From: an uncultured Gammaproteobacteria bacterium
GTDB lineage: Bacteria; Pseudomonadota; Gammaproteobacteria; UBA6002
DNA length: 64,000 bases
Reading direction: 5' to 3'
Assembly: GCA_963705725.1 (NCBI GenBank)
Contig: CAVPKM010000013.1
Coordinates: 1-64,000 of the forward strand
In this document: positions 27,706 to 38,346 of the stretch, in pieces
How the letters are laid out: each line of letters begins with the position of its first letter
How positions within the stretch are numbered: the first letter of the stretch is position 1
Program-made: the position numbers and the translations under genes
Notes under the pieces: generated by a model
Databases searched by the model: none
What the model saw: the letters and a program-made list of their open reading frames with translations, nothing else
Told to the model about the DNA's origin: nothing

Positions 27706-28226
27706 GCTAAAATTGCGGTTACTGCCGCTGCTAAATTGGGGAAAACCAGACACTTTTCTTTTAATTGACTCGCTGTTGCTTGCCCATTGCCTGTCAAGAC
27801 TAAGATGGGTTTTGCGCCTACTTGCATTGCGGCTGAAATATCTCTTTGGGAGTCTCCAATATAAATTGCGCTTGTCATTGGGACCTTAAATTTTTTACTT
27901 ATCGCCATTAACAGCCCGGGTTTGGGTTTGCGGCAGTCACAGCTATCATCGGGATGATGAGGACAGTAGAAAATTCCATCAAGTTCTGTTCCCAATTTTC
28001 TTAATGCATTTTGCATTTTTTCATGAATTTGTGTCAATGTTTCTTCAGAAAAGAGTCCTCGCGCGATGCCTGATTGGTTTGTCGCTACCACGACTTGATG
28101 GCCTGCTTGTTTTAACCTGGCAATGGCTTCTAAACTTCCTGGGATGGGGCGCCATTCTTCCGGGGACTTGATATAGGCAAAAGACTCCTCATTGATCACG
28201 CCATCTCTGTCTAAAACAACTAACAT
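27702..28226 (-). CDS. gmhB: D-glycero-beta-D-manno-heptose 1,7-bisphosphate phosphatase
   Basis: LDRDGVIN, TNQSG, CPHHP..C.CRKPKPG, GDS.RD. Confidence 0.93.
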   Translation of the reverse strand: MLVVLDRDGVINEESFAYIKSPEEWRPIPGSLEAIARLKQAGHQVVVATNQSGIARGLFSEETLTQIHEKMQNALRKLGTELDGIFYCPHHPDDSCDCRKPKPGLLMAISKKFKVPMTSAIYIGDSQRDISAAMQVGAKPILVLTGNGQATASQLKEKCLVFPNLAAAVTAILA

Positions 28227-29185
28227 GCTGAATGGGTACTTCCTAAGTAAGCTTGACTAGAAAACAATTCTTTTCTGGAATTTAAAAACTCTTTAACAGA
28301 TAGCGGTTTGCCGCCAGCAAGCTGGAGTTGAGTAATCCGAAAAAGCCCTTTTTTAGCCGCCACATCTATCCCGGTCTCATCAGCGCTGACGATCAATCCA
28401 GGTGGATAAGCATGTTCTTCAGTGGAAAGAATGCATCCTTGCCAAACTTTAAGTAACACGCCGTTTAAGTGAGAATAAGCAACAGGCCAGGGGTTAAATG
28501 CCCTTACTTGGCGATCGATGTAAGAGACATCTTCTAACCAGTTGATGTGCGCCTCTTTTTTATCAATTTTTGCGGCATAAGTAGCCAAATCCGAATTTTG
28601 TGGGTTTGGTTTGGTTTGGTTTCTAATTATATTATCTAAAGCTCCAATCAAGGATTTTGCACCTAGAATGGAAAGTGATTCATGAAGGCTGCCCGCTGTT
28701 GCTCCTGGTTCAATTTGATATGGCGTTTGCTGCCACATTGCACCGGTATCTAAGCCTTCATCAATTTGCATAATTGTAACCCCTGTTTCTCTATCTCCTG
28801 CCAATAAGGCACGTTGTATGGGAGCGGCTCCTCGCCATCTTGGCAGCAATGAAGCGTGAACATTAATACATCCATATCGAAATAGCGAATATAAAGATTT
28901 TGGAATGAGATATCCGTAAGCAATGACGACCATTATGTCAGCATTCAATTCATTTAGTTGCTGGAGGACATCAATATTTTTTAAGTTTGAAGGTTGAAAA
29001 ATTGGCACTAAGGGGTAATGTTCTTTCGCATATTGTTTGACAGGGCTTTGCACCAGCTTTTGTCCTCTACCAGATGGGCTATCTGGTTTTGTATAAATAG
29101 CGCAAACCTCATAGTGAGTCATCAAGGCAGAGAGGGAAGGGATGGCAAAATGTGGCGTACCAGCAAAAACAATTCTTAAATTCAC
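28220..29185 (-). CDS. fmt: Methionyl-tRNA formyltransferase
   Basis: FAGTP.FA, NVHASLLPRWRGAAPIQ, GLDTG, RAFNPWP. Confidence 0.97.
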   Translation of the reverse strand: MNLRIVFAGTPHFAIPSLSALMTHYEVCAIYTKPDSPSGRGQKLVQSPVKQYAKEHYPLVPIFQPSNLKNIDVLQQLNELNADIMVVIAYGYLIPKSLYSLFRYGCINVHASLLPRWRGAAPIQRALLAGDRETGVTIMQIDEGLDTGAMWQQTPYQIEPGATAGSLHESLSILGAKSLIGALDNIIRNQTKPNPQNSDLATYAAKIDKKEAHINWLEDVSYIDRQVRAFNPWPVAYSHLNGVLLKVWQGCILSTEEHAYPPGLIVSADETGIDVAAKKGLFRITQLQLAGGKPLSVKEFLNSRKELFSSQAYLGSTHSAC

Positions 29186-29240
29186 TTATTCAATCCATTT
29201 ATTGTCTTGAGGCTGCGAAATAGTTGGCTGAAAGGTAAAA

Positions 29241-29317
29241 TGGTGGCTATGGGTGGACTCGAACCACCGACCTCAGCATTATGAGTGCCGCGCTCTAACC
29301 GGCTGAGCTACATAGCC
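29241..29317 (-). tRNA. tRNA-Met (CAT), elongator type
   Basis: Reverse complement GGCTATGTAGCTCAG...CTCATAA...GGTTCGAGTCC...TAGCCACCA, 77 nt, paired G1:C72, encoded CCA. Confidence 0.95.
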
Positions 29318-29382
29318 ATAATGATACGCAATAGAATAAGAGGGAAAATTTTCCTGTCAAAGCTGGAAAATGTCAAGGTTTC

Positions 29383-30474
29383 TTACACATTAAAGAGAAA
29401 ATGTACCACATCACCATCTTTTACGATATAGTTCTTACCTTCAAGACGTAATTTGCCAGCATTTTTTGCTCCTTGCTCTCCATTGCAAGCGATGTAATCA
29501 TCGAAAGCCACCACTTCTGCTCGAATGAAACCGCGTTCGAAATCGGTATGTATCACTCCTGCGGCTTGGGGGGCCGTTGCGCCTATGGGGATAGTCCAAG
29601 CGCGAACCTCTTTTACTCCTGCTGTGAAATAAGTTTGTAGTCCTAATAGGTTATAACCTGCATGAATTAATCGATCTAACCCTGGTTCACTCAAACCCAT
29701 TTCAGTTAGAAATTCTTGTTTATCGGCCTCATCTAAGCCTGCAATTTCAGCTTCAAGCGCTGCTGAAACGGGTACGACAGCAGAGTTTTCCTTCGCTGCA
29801 TAGTGCCGCACTTTCTCTAAAGAGGGGTTGTTGGCAAAATTATCCTCATCCACATTTGCAATATAAAGTGTGGGTTTGGCGGTGAGCAGGTGTAAAGATT
29901 TGAGCAACTCTTTGTCTGATTCAGGCAAATCAAGGCTTCTCACGGACAAACCTTGGTCTAGCGTTTGTTTGATTTGTTCTAATAGGTTTTTTTCGGCAAG
30001 TAGCGCTTTATCTCCCGTTTTTGCTTGTTTAGTGAGTTTGCTTAAGCGTTTTTCAACGGCTTCTAAATCAGCTAATGCAAGTTCAGTATTGATTGTTTCA
30101 ATATCAGAGAGGGGATCGATGCTTCCTGATACATGCGTGACATCAGGGTCATGAAAGCAGCGAACAACATGCGCAATCGCTTGGGTTTCGCGAATATTTG
30201 CTAAAAATTTATTACCCAACCCTTCACCTTTTGAAGCGCCTGCGACCAAGCCAGCAATATCTACAAATTTCACCGTTGTTGGGATAATTTGTTGCGGTTT
30301 AATAATGCTAGCTAGTTGCGTTAAGCGTTGATCGGGAACAGGCACAATTCCAATATTCGGTTCAATTGTACAAAATGGATAATTTTCAGCCTGAATGCCA
30401 GCCCTAGTTAATGCATTGAATAATGTAGATTTGCCAACGTTAGGAAGGCCCACGATTCCGCACTTAAAACCCAT
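29383..30474 (-). CDS. ychF: Redox-regulated ATPase YchF
   Basis: [50 protein letters not shown]. Confidence 0.97.
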   Translation of the reverse strand: MGFKCGIVGLPNVGKSTLFNALTRAGIQAENYPFCTIEPNIGIVPVPDQRLTQLASIIKPQQIIPTTVKFVDIAGLVAGASKGEGLGNKFLANIRETQAIAHVVRCFHDPDVTHVSGSIDPLSDIETINTELALADLEAVEKRLSKLTKQAKTGDKALLAEKNLLEQIKQTLDQGLSVRSLDLPESDKELLKSLHLLTAKPTLYIANVDEDNFANNPSLEKVRHYAAKENSAVVPVSAALEAEIAGLDEADKQEFLTEMGLSEPGLDRLIHAGYNLLGLQTYFTAGVKEVRAWTIPIGATAPQAAGVIHTDFERGFIRAEVVAFDDYIACNGEQGAKNAGKLRLEGKNYIVKDGDVVHFLFNV

Positions 30475-30538
30475 ATAATCTCCTGCCTCTGGACGTTTTT
30501 GCCTTCTTTGGTTATCTGCTAGATAGAAGGTATTTCTA

Positions 30539-31111
30539 TTAATTATGCAAAATTTGCATGGCTTTTTCAAAATTTCCGCTTAAAAGAGTGGGGATGACAT
30601 CGATGGCAGCATGAATGGCGGTGAGGATTAATTCATGCTCTTTTTTAGAGGGGGGATGTAATACGTAATCTGTTACAAGATCGCGATTACCCGGATGCCC
30701 GATGCCGATTCTGAGGCGTTTAAAATTTTTGCTTTGCAAATGCTGGATGATATCTTTAAGTCCGTTATGTCCGCCATGCCCGCCATGTTGCCTTAATTTT
30801 GCAGTTCCGGCAGGGAAATCTAAGTCGTCGTGAGCAATTAATATTGCTTCTGGCGGTATTTTGTAAAAATGACAGAGCGCTTTTACCGCGCGGCCGCTAT
30901 GGTTCATGAAAGTGGTGGGAATAAAGAGCCAATAATAATCAGATGCTTGGACACGTGCTGTTCGGCCGAGAAATTTTGCTTCAGAAGTGAGCGAAATATG
31001 ATTTTTTTTTGCAAGCAACTCAACAAACCAAGCTCCGGCATTATGTCTTGTTGCTTCATACGTGGCGCCTGGATTGCCCAGGCCCACAATCAATTGAATT
31101 TTGTCTAGCAA
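30539..31111 (-). CDS. pth: Peptidyl-tRNA hydrolase
   Basis: [28 protein letters not shown]. Confidence 0.97.
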   Translation of the reverse strand: MLDKIQLIVGLGNPGATYEATRHNAGAWFVELLAKKNHISLTSEAKFLGRTARVQASDYYWLFIPTTFMNHSGRAVKALCHFYKIPPEAILIAHDDLDFPAGTAKLRQHGGHGGHNGLKDIIQHLQSKNFKRLRIGIGHPGNRDLVTDYVLHPPSKKEHELILTAIHAAIDVIPTLLSGNFEKAMQILHN

Positions 31112-31125
31112 TGTTGACTCCTCAC

Positions 31126-31767
31126 CTAGGTATTGTTTTCTGGTGATGGGGGCGATTCTTCTGTCACAGAAGTTTCTAGGGGTACGGTAGGTTTATGAAT
31201 GCTGGCAACGGGCTGGTCATGGCCTTCGCCTTGAGGTATGGCAACAATATCTACGCCTTTTGGAAGCTTGATTTCAGATAGGTAAACCGATTCGCCAACT
31301 GACAGATGGGAGAGATCAACTTCAATAAATTCTGGAAGTGAATCAGGTAGGCAGCGAATTTCTATTTCGTTCATTAAATGGGCAACTACACCAGCTTGAT
31401 CTTTAATGCCGGGAGAATTATCTGCACCGATAAAATGCACTGGTACTTGTATAGTAATTTGTGTATTTGGACTGACCCGTTGAAAATCCGCATGAAGTAT
31501 TTGAGGCTTGCTGGGATGCCGATGTAAATCTTTTAGCACCACTTTTTCTTTTTTGCCGTCAACATTTAGCGTAAGAATGCGAGAATAAAAACCCTCATTT
31601 TCTAAAGCTTTTGAAAGCACATTATGATCAACTTGGATCATGTGAGTAGGCTTTTTGCCGCCATAAATAATGGCCGGAATTTTATTTTTTAAACGACGCA
31701 AACGGCGACTGCTAGCCTTGCCATTTTCTATTCGCGCTTCAACAGAAAGCTCGTAGACTTCAGACAT
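31126..31767 (-). CDS. rplY: 50S ribosomal protein L25 / Ctc
   Basis: GK.SSRRLR, PAIIYG, HADFQRV, LPEFIEVD. Confidence 0.95.
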   Translation of the reverse strand: MSEVYELSVEARIENGKASSRRLRRLKNKIPAIIYGGKKPTHMIQVDHNVLSKALENEGFYSRILTLNVDGKKEKVVLKDLHRHPSKPQILHADFQRVSPNTQITIQVPVHFIGADNSPGIKDQAGVVAHLMNEIEIRCLPDSLPEFIEVDLSHLSVGESVYLSEIKLPKGVDIVAIPQGEGHDQPVASIHKPTVPLETSVTEESPPSPENNT

Positions 31768-31846
31768 TATAGTGTTTCTCCAATAGACATGCAGATAAAG
31801 TGAATCGCGAATTATACATTATTTTTTTGACTGGCGAAAGCGGTTC

Positions 31847-32800
31847 TTAAACACGATCAACGAATAATGAGCTGACCGATTCTTTATGATTCACTCGGTA
31901 GATGGTTTCTGCAATAAGATGGCTTAAATCAATCTGCCTAACCTTAGGGCAACTTCTAGCCTTGTCGGTAAGGGGGATGGTATTACCAACGACAACCTCA
32001 TCAATAGCAGAATTCATAATGTTTTCAATTGCAGCGCCAGAAAAAATGGGATGCGTGCAATAAGCAGTAACGGTTTTCGCGCCATGATCTTTAAGTGCGC
32101 TGGCGGCGTGGGTCAATGTTCCAGCTGTATCTACCATGTCATCGACAATAATGCAGTTTCGATTTGCCACTTCGCCAATGATATGCATCACTTCAGCCTG
32201 GTTGTGGCAGGGTCTTCTTTTGTCGATGATAGCAAGATCGGCATCATTTAATTTTTTTGCAACTGCGCGAGCGCGTACCACTCCTCCTATGTCTGGTGAG
32301 ACAACAGTTAGATTAGTGAGCTGCTTTTTTACCATATCTTCAAGCATGGCGGGTGTGGAGTAAACATTATCTACCGGCATATCAAAAAAGCCTTGAATTT
32401 GATCGGCATGCAGATCTACCGTGATGACTCGATTGTAGCCGACTACCGCTAGCATGTCGGCAACCACCTTTGCAGAGATGGCTACCCTTGCAGAATTTGG
32501 GCGTCTGTCTTGGCGAGCATAGCCAAAATAGGGGATGACAGCTGTCATACTTGCAGCAGAAGCGCGACGTAATGCATCGCCAAGAAGAATAAGTTCCATT
32601 AAATTATCATTTTGAGGCGCGCTCGTAGATTGCAGGATAAAAGCATCGCGCCCGCGAACATTCTCATCGATTTGAGCTCTAATTTCACCATCACTAAAGC
32701 GATCTACCGTTGCTCTTCCTAAAGGGATCTGTAAGCGATTGGCGATTTTATTTGCTAGCACGGGGTTAGAATTGCCGCTAAAAATTTTTACTTCATGCAC
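31847..32800 (-). CDS. prs: Ribose-phosphate pyrophosphokinase
   Basis: [38 protein letters not shown]. Confidence 0.98.
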   Translation of the reverse strand: MHEVKIFSGNSNPVLANKIANRLQIPLGRATVDRFSDGEIRAQIDENVRGRDAFILQSTSAPQNDNLMELILLGDALRRASAASMTAVIPYFGYARQDRRPNSARVAISAKVVADMLAVVGYNRVITVDLHADQIQGFFDMPVDNVYSTPAMLEDMVKKQLTNLTVVSPDIGGVVRARAVAKKLNDADLAIIDKRRPCHNQAEVMHIIGEVANRNCIIVDDMVDTAGTLTHAASALKDHGAKTVTAYCTHPIFSGAAIENIMNSAIDEVVVGNTIPLTDKARSCPKVRQIDLSHLIAETIYRVNHKESVSSLFVDRV

Positions 32801-32855
32801 GACGTGTTTCCTTCGGCTCGCGAATTATTTTTTAGATATTGAGTAATTACAAATT

Positions 32856-32930
32856 TGGCTGGGGTGCTAGGATTCGAACCTAGGTATGCAGGGATCAAAA
32901 CCCTGTGCCTTACCGCTTGGCGACACCCCA
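32856..32930 (-). tRNA. tRNA-Gln (TTG)
   Basis: Reverse complement TGGGGTGTCGCCAAGCGGTAAGGCACAGGGTTTTGATCCCTGCATACCTAGGTTCGAATCCTAGCACCCCAGCCA, 75 nt. Confidence 0.96.
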
Positions 32931-33769
32931 AATAAATGATTCATTGTTTCATGCAAGGGTGAATTATTTAGCCCTTTTACAAGGATTCCATTCAATGGTT
33001 TTGGTAATTGAACTGCTACTCTTTCAGCGGTTTCTTTGTCTTCAAAAGTAGCAAAAACAGCGCTGCCCGTACCTGTCATCTTAGCTGCAGAATACTGATT
33101 AAGGCATTCAAGTGCATAAGCTATTTCTGGAAAGTGTTTTTTTGCAATAGGTTCGCAATCATTTTTTCCGCCATTTGCAAAAAACTCATCTATTGTGATC
33201 GCTCGGGTGTTACGTGTCAATTGAGAATCGGAAAAAATTTTTGAAGTGGGGGTATTGCAATGAGGAAGCACTAATAAAACCCAGGGCTCCGATAAAGCGA
33301 GAGGGTGTAATATTTCTCCTATGCCTTCTGCAAAAGCCGCCTTTCCTAATATAAAAATGGGGATATCAGCGCCAAGCGTAAGCCCAATCTGTGCCAAGCG
33401 CTCCTTGGATAAATGGAGCTCCCAAAGCTGGTTTAAAATAAGTAATGTTGTTGCGGCATTGGAACTGCCGCCACCTAACCCAGCGCCGATCGGAATTTTT
33501 TTTTTAAGTTCAATCGTGATCCCGCAAGGTGATTGAGTCATTTTTTGTAATAAGCGAGCAGCTTTCGTGATGAGATTGTCTTCAGAAGTCAGGTTAGGTA
33601 AATTGGTTTTTAGCGCTATAAGGCTGTCTTTTCTGGGTTCGAAAATCATTTCATCGCAAAAATCAATGAATTGAAAAGCCGTTTGTAGTAAATGGTAACC
33701 ATCAGAACGGCGTCCGATAATATGTAAAAATAAATTAATTTTTGCAGGCGAGGGGACGATAAAAGACAT
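32867..33769 (-). CDS. ispE: 4-diphosphocytidyl-2-C-methyl-D-erythritol kinase
   Basis: SPAKINLFLHI, KKIPIGAGLGGGSSNAA, LGADIP, MTGTGS. The 3' end runs through tRNA-Gln. Confidence 0.96.
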   Translation of the reverse strand: MSFIVPSPAKINLFLHIIGRRSDGYHLLQTAFQFIDFCDEMIFEPRKDSLIALKTNLPNLTSEDNLITKAARLLQKMTQSPCGITIELKKKIPIGAGLGGGSSNAATTLLILNQLWELHLSKERLAQIGLTLGADIPIFILGKAAFAEGIGEILHPLALSEPWVLLVLPHCNTPTSKIFSDSQLTRNTRAITIDEFFANGGKNDCEPIAKKHFPEIAYALECLNQYSAAKMTGTGSAVFATFEDKETAERVAVQLPKPLNGILVKGLNNSPLHETMNHLFGVSPSGKAQGFDPCIPRFES

Positions 33770-34374
33770 TAATTACTATTCCAATGATTAATCACCAGCT
33801 TAATACGGAGAAGAGAATTTTCCATCCAAATTTTATGAGGCAAGCTATGGTCAGTCAAGGATTGATAGTTTGCATAGCGAATAGTCCACCCTTGCTGCTG
33901 CAGATAAATCAAATGGTGATCTTCATCCTGTTTTTGCGTTTTAGCAAGACCTGGAGCAGGAAGGCCTTGTACCCAGTAGTACAGGTTCGAGACGGGAAGG
34001 TACCAGCCTAGCTCCTGCCGCATCAAATACTCGCCGGTGCGAGCGGAAACGCTTTTGGTTGGAGTATTTAAAGTCACCTTACCCGGTTGCCCGGCAATGC
34101 CTATAGCGCCTATGTTTAACGGACCATAAAAATTGATCGCATAACGAGGACCCACTTGCTCCCAGCTAAAACTTCCCATTTGAATTTTGTTTTGATTTTG
34201 TATACTGATCGCACCTTGAATATTCCAATTTTTCATATTGGCAGGCGCAAAGCGCTTAACAACCCCGGCTTTTGATTGAGGAATGGAATGGGCAAAAGGC
34301 GGGGCAATTTGGTGAGCACAACCGGATAAAATGACTAAAAGCAGGCAACAGGTGATAATTAAACACTTATTCAT
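33769..34374 (-). CDS. lolB: Outer-membrane lipoprotein LolB
   Basis: LSGC lipobox, LGWYLPV..L.YWVQG.P, QQGWTI.Y, conserved hemA-lolB-ispE synteny. Confidence 0.92.
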   Translation of the reverse strand: MNKCLIITCCLLLVILSGCAHQIAPPFAHSIPQSKAGVVKRFAPANMKNWNIQGAISIQNQNKIQMGSFSWEQVGPRYAINFYGPLNIGAIGIAGQPGKVTLNTPTKSVSARTGEYLMRQELGWYLPVSNLYYWVQGLPAPGLAKTQKQDEDHHLIYLQQQGWTIRYANYQSLTDHSLPHKIWMENSLLRIKLVINHWNSN

Positions 34375-34464
34375 AATAATCCTCGTGTTTTAAGATTCGT
34401 AAAGCGGTACAATTGGTTCCTAACGAAGGGTATACATCATTTTTTAATAGAAAAGCAATTTTTT

Positions 34465-35700
34465 ATGACGTTATTAGTCTGTGGCATTAATCATCTGACA
34501 ACACCGCTCGAGATACGTGAACGTTTAGCCTTCTCCAAGGAGCGAACAAAATCCGCCCTTAAAGAGCTCGTTACCTTATCCAGCGTGAATGAGGCAATGA
34601 TTGTATCGACTTGCAACCGGGTTGAAATTTATTCCCATGCGCAAAGGTCTGAAGAAATCCGTCATTGGTTAGAGATGAATTTAAAACAACCCGTTGCGCC
34701 TTGCTGGTATTTTTATCAAGAACAGGAAGCCATCACCCATATCATGCGTGTTGCGAGCGGCTTGGATTCCATGGTGTTAGGAGAACCGCATATCCTGGGT
34801 CAAATAAAAGATTTTTTTTGCTTGGCAAAAGAAATGGGTGCGATAGGAAATCACTTGCATCAATTATTTCAACGAGTATTTAACGTTTCAAAACAAGTTA
34901 GAACGAGCACACAAATCGGTGCAAATCCAGTGACGCTTGGCTTTGCAATTGTGACCCTGGCTAGACGTATTTTTACCCATCTTTCAACCAAAAAAACTTT
35001 ATTAATTGGTGCGGGAGAAACCATTGAATTAATTGCATTACATTTGCAAAAGCAAGGGGTCAAGCATTTTACCCTTGCAAATCGTTCTCCACTTAAAGCC
35101 AAGCAATTAGCTGAAAAAATTAAGGCCCACTGTATTTCTTTGGCTGAGATCCCAGATTATTTAAAAGAATCAGATTTAATTATTACCGCGACGGCTAGCG
35201 AACTGCCTATTTTAGGAAAGGGTGCACTCGAGCGCACGATAAAAGCAAGAAAGCACCAACCGATTGTCATAGCAGATTTAGCTGTTCCAAGAGATGTAGA
35301 ACCTGAAGTGGGAAGCTTGGAAGATGTTTACCTTTATAATATCGATGATTTAAATCTCATCCTTGAAGAGAACCGTCAGGGACGGCAGATTGCTGCCGCT
35401 GAAGCAGAAAGTCTAATCGAACTGCAAGCTAAACATTATCTATCAGACTTAAAATCGCGTGAAGCGGATCACTTGATTACGCATTTTAGGCAAAAAATAG
35501 CGGATACCTTCCAGCTTGAGTTAGCTAAAGCAAAATCTAAGTTGCACCAAGGAGTCGATCCAGAAATATTACTAGAGCAAATGGCATATAACTTAGTGAA
35601 TAAAATTTCCCATGGGCCCTCAATTAAAATGAGACAAGCCGCTTACGAAGGGCGAATAGACCTGTTAGATGTGGCGCGCCAGCTATTAGACTTAGCGTAA
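34465..35700 (+). CDS. hemA: Glutamyl-tRNA reductase
   Basis: STCNRVE, VASGLDSMVLGEP.ILGQ, GAGE, DLAVPRD. Confidence 0.97.
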   Translation: MTLLVCGINHLTTPLEIRERLAFSKERTKSALKELVTLSSVNEAMIVSTCNRVEIYSHAQRSEEIRHWLEMNLKQPVAPCWYFYQEQEAITHIMRVASGLDSMVLGEPHILGQIKDFFCLAKEMGAIGNHLHQLFQRVFNVSKQVRTSTQIGANPVTLGFAIVTLARRIFTHLSTKKTLLIGAGETIELIALHLQKQGVKHFTLANRSPLKAKQLAEKIKAHCISLAEIPDYLKESDLIITATASELPILGKGALERTIKARKHQPIVIADLAVPRDVEPEVGSLEDVYLYNIDDLNLILEENRQGRQIAAAEAESLIELQAKHYLSDLKSREADHLITHFRQKIADTFQLELAKAKSKLHQGVDPEILLEQMAYNLVNKISHGPSIKMRQAAYEGRIDLLDVARQLLDLA

Positions 35701-35755
35701 TTATTTAGCTACGATTAAAAATAAAGATATTGAACATTTATAGTGAAAAAAAGAT

Positions 35756-36841
35756 ATGAAAGATTCCATTCAACGAAAACTCAATTACCTTATTGAGCGA
35801 TTTCAAGAGGTAAGTTTATTACTCAATGATCCTGGAATTATTGGTGATCAAAATCGCTTTAGAGATTTGTCTAAAGAATATGCGCATTTAGAACCACTGG
35901 TTACCTGTTTTAATGAATATCAGCATAGTCAAGAAGCCATTGCCTCTGCACTCGCTCTTCGTGAAGACGAGGACCAAGCATTACGCCAGCTAGCAGAAGA
36001 GGAGTTAGTCGAATTATACCCCAGACTCGAATCCATTGAGTTAACACTTCAATGTTTGTTAATTCCGCCTAATCCAGAAGACGAAAGCAATGTGTATCTT
36101 GAAATTAGAGGAGGAGCGGGGGGAGATGAAGCCGCCATTTTTGCAGGCGATTTATTTAGAATGTATGCAAGATATGCTGAAAATCAAGGATGGAAGATTG
36201 AAATCGTTTCTGAGCATCTGGGCGAACATGGAGGTTACAAAGAGCTCATTAGTCGTATCAGCGGTAAGGGAGTTTATTCAAGGTTAAAATTTGAATCAGG
36301 TGCACATCGAGTTCAGCGCGTACCCACAACTGAGTCGCAAGGAAGAATTCATACTTCAACCTGTACCATTGCGGTTATGCCAGAAGTAGATGAAGTCGAT
36401 GCAATTCAAATTAATCCAGCAGAATTAAAAATAGATACCTATCGCGCATCAGGTGCGGGCGGACAGCATGTGAATAAAACAGATTCAGCCATCCGAATTA
36501 CCCACTTGCCCTCTGGTATTGTGGTGGAATGCCAAGATGAAAGATCACAACATAAAAATCGCTCACGTGCGATGGCGTTATTGCAATCTAAATTGCTAGA
36601 TCAGGAGCGTACCAAGCAGCAAAAAGAACAAGCAGAAACCAGACGAAATCTAGTCGGAACGGGAGATAGATCGGAGCGTATTCGTACTTATAATTACCCG
36701 CAGGGGCGAATAACTGATCATCGAATTAATCTCACGCTTTATAAGCTCGATGAAATTATGGAAGGCAGCTTAGATCAAGTGATTGATCCATTAATCAGTG
36801 AGCATCAGGCAGACCAACTTGCCACCCTTGCCGATATTTAA
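35756..36841 (+). CDS. prfA: Peptide chain release factor 1
   Basis: [10 protein letters not shown] (PxT), [18 protein letters not shown]. Confidence 0.98.
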   Translation: MKDSIQRKLNYLIERFQEVSLLLNDPGIIGDQNRFRDLSKEYAHLEPLVTCFNEYQHSQEAIASALALREDEDQALRQLAEEELVELYPRLESIELTLQCLLIPPNPEDESNVYLEIRGGAGGDEAAIFAGDLFRMYARYAENQGWKIEIVSEHLGEHGGYKELISRISGKGVYSRLKFESGAHRVQRVPTTESQGRIHTSTCTIAVMPEVDEVDAIQINPAELKIDTYRASGAGGQHVNKTDSAIRITHLPSGIVVECQDERSQHKNRSRAMALLQSKLLDQERTKQQKEQAETRRNLVGTGDRSERIRTYNYPQGRITDHRINLTLYKLDEIMEGSLDQVIDPLISEHQADQLATLADI

Positions 36842-36851
36842 CGAATTGCCT

Positions 36852-37736
36852 GTGTCCTCTCAAGTATTAACTATTGAAAGTGCTCTTAATGAGGCAAGTC
36901 AGCGCTTAAGCCAATTTGACGAAGCTCGGTTTGAAGCTCAGCTTTTGCTTAGTCATGTTTTGCAAGTTTCTAGAACCTACTTATATGCACACGCTAATCA
37001 ACTTCTCAGCGTTTTTCAGCAAAAAAAATTTTTAATGCTTATCGAAAGGCGATGTGAAGGGGTACCGATTGCTTATTTGCTCGGTCATCGAGCATTTTGG
37101 TCGATGGACCTTGAGGTTAATCCCAGCACGCTCATTCCGAGGCCAGAAACAGAATGTTTAATTGAAATAGCCCTAAAAATTTTACCGAAAGAGCCGATTT
37201 CAATTTTGGATTTAGGAGTAGGTAGCGGAGCAATTGCCATTGCCCTAGCTTTGGAAAGACCTGGTTGGAAGCTGACTGGCACAGATATTTCATGCGAAGC
37301 CTTAGCGATAGCTGAAAAAAATATGAGAAAATATGGAATAAAAAATTTGGAGCTCAAGCAATCAAATTGGTGTTTATCGCTCCCAGTGCAACAATTTGAT
37401 GCGATTGTAAGCAATCCACCCTATATCGCTGAAGGAGATGCGCATTTGCAAGCGTTAAAATATGAGCCACTAGCAGCATTAGTGGCAGGTCCTGATGGCC
37501 TGTCTGCCATTAGAACTATCATTCATCAAGCTAAACGCTATTTAAAAGATAACGGGTGGTTATTGTTAGAGCATGGTTACAATCAGGCAAAAAAAGTACA
37601 AAATTTATTGAAGGTGAATAGTTATAAAGAGATCGCGACTTTTGCTGATTTAAATCAGGTCATGCGAGTGACAATAGGACGAAATTGTCATTATTTCGGG
37701 AGGAACAGCAATGAAGCTAGTATTTGCAAGCAATAA
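36852..37736 (+). CDS. prmC: Release factor glutamine methyltransferase
   Basis: LIPRPETE, DLGVGSGAI, SNPPY, LEHG. Start is likely GTG 36852. Confidence 0.95.
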   Translation: MSSQVLTIESALNEASQRLSQFDEARFEAQLLLSHVLQVSRTYLYAHANQLLSVFQQKKFLMLIERRCEGVPIAYLLGHRAFWSMDLEVNPSTLIPRPETECLIEIALKILPKEPISILDLGVGSGAIAIALALERPGWKLTGTDISCEALAIAEKNMRKYGIKNLELKQSNWCLSLPVQQFDAIVSNPPYIAEGDAHLQALKYEPLAALVAGPDGLSAIRTIIHQAKRYLKDNGWLLLEHGYNQAKKVQNLLKVNSYKEIATFADLNQVMRVTIGRNCHYFGRNSNEASICKQ

Positions 37737-38331
37737 TCTTGGCAAGATAAAAGAAATAAAACAACTTGTTCTCGGTAGTCAAATCGAGATTATTCCTCAA
37801 AGTGAATTCAATGTGCCAGAGGCTGAAGAATCGGCCACCACCTTTGTTGAAAATGCGCTTTTAAAGGCAAGACAAGCCACAGCCTTGACCCATTTGCCAG
37901 CAATTGCAGATGACTCTGGACTCGTGGTGCCAGGCCTTGGCGGAGAGCCGGGTGTGTTTTCAGCGCGTTATGCAGGAAAAGGCGTGACGATGCAAAAGCA
38001 TATCGAAAAACTCTTAAATCAAATTGAAATAAATGCTGTTTCTCGAGATGCTTATTATTATTGCGTAATAGTGCTTTTGCGACAAAAAAATGATCCTTGC
38101 CCAATCATTTGCGAGGGAAAATGGCAGGGTAAAATACTAACCGCCCCTATTGGCTCTGAAGGCTTTGGCTATGACCCAATATTTTATGATGAAACCTACC
38201 GATGCTCTGCAGCAGAATTGCCAGCTGAGATAAAAAATCAAATTAGCCATCGTGGGCAGGCGATGAAAAAATTAATACAATCGATTATCAGGCTTGGAGA
38301 TGAAGGGTTTGTTGATCTTAACAAACCCTAA
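37711..38331 (+). CDS. rdgB: dITP/XTP pyrophosphatase
   Basis: ADDSGL, PGVFSARYAG, GFGYDPIF, KNQISHRG. Confidence 0.96.
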   Translation: MKLVFASNNLGKIKEIKQLVLGSQIEIIPQSEFNVPEAEESATTFVENALLKARQATALTHLPAIADDSGLVVPGLGGEPGVFSARYAGKGVTMQKHIEKLLNQIEINAVSRDAYYYCVIVLLRQKNDPCPIICEGKWQGKILTAPIGSEGFGYDPIFYDETYRCSAAELPAEIKNQISHRGQAMKKLIQSIIRLGDEGFVDLNKP

Positions 38332-38346
38332 GAAATAGTTACAAAA

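Noticed and set aside
29241-32930. tRNA genes as integration sites for islands
   Set aside because: Both tRNAs sit in the conserved ispE-prs-rplY-pth-ychF operon, and no duplicated 3' ends were noticed.
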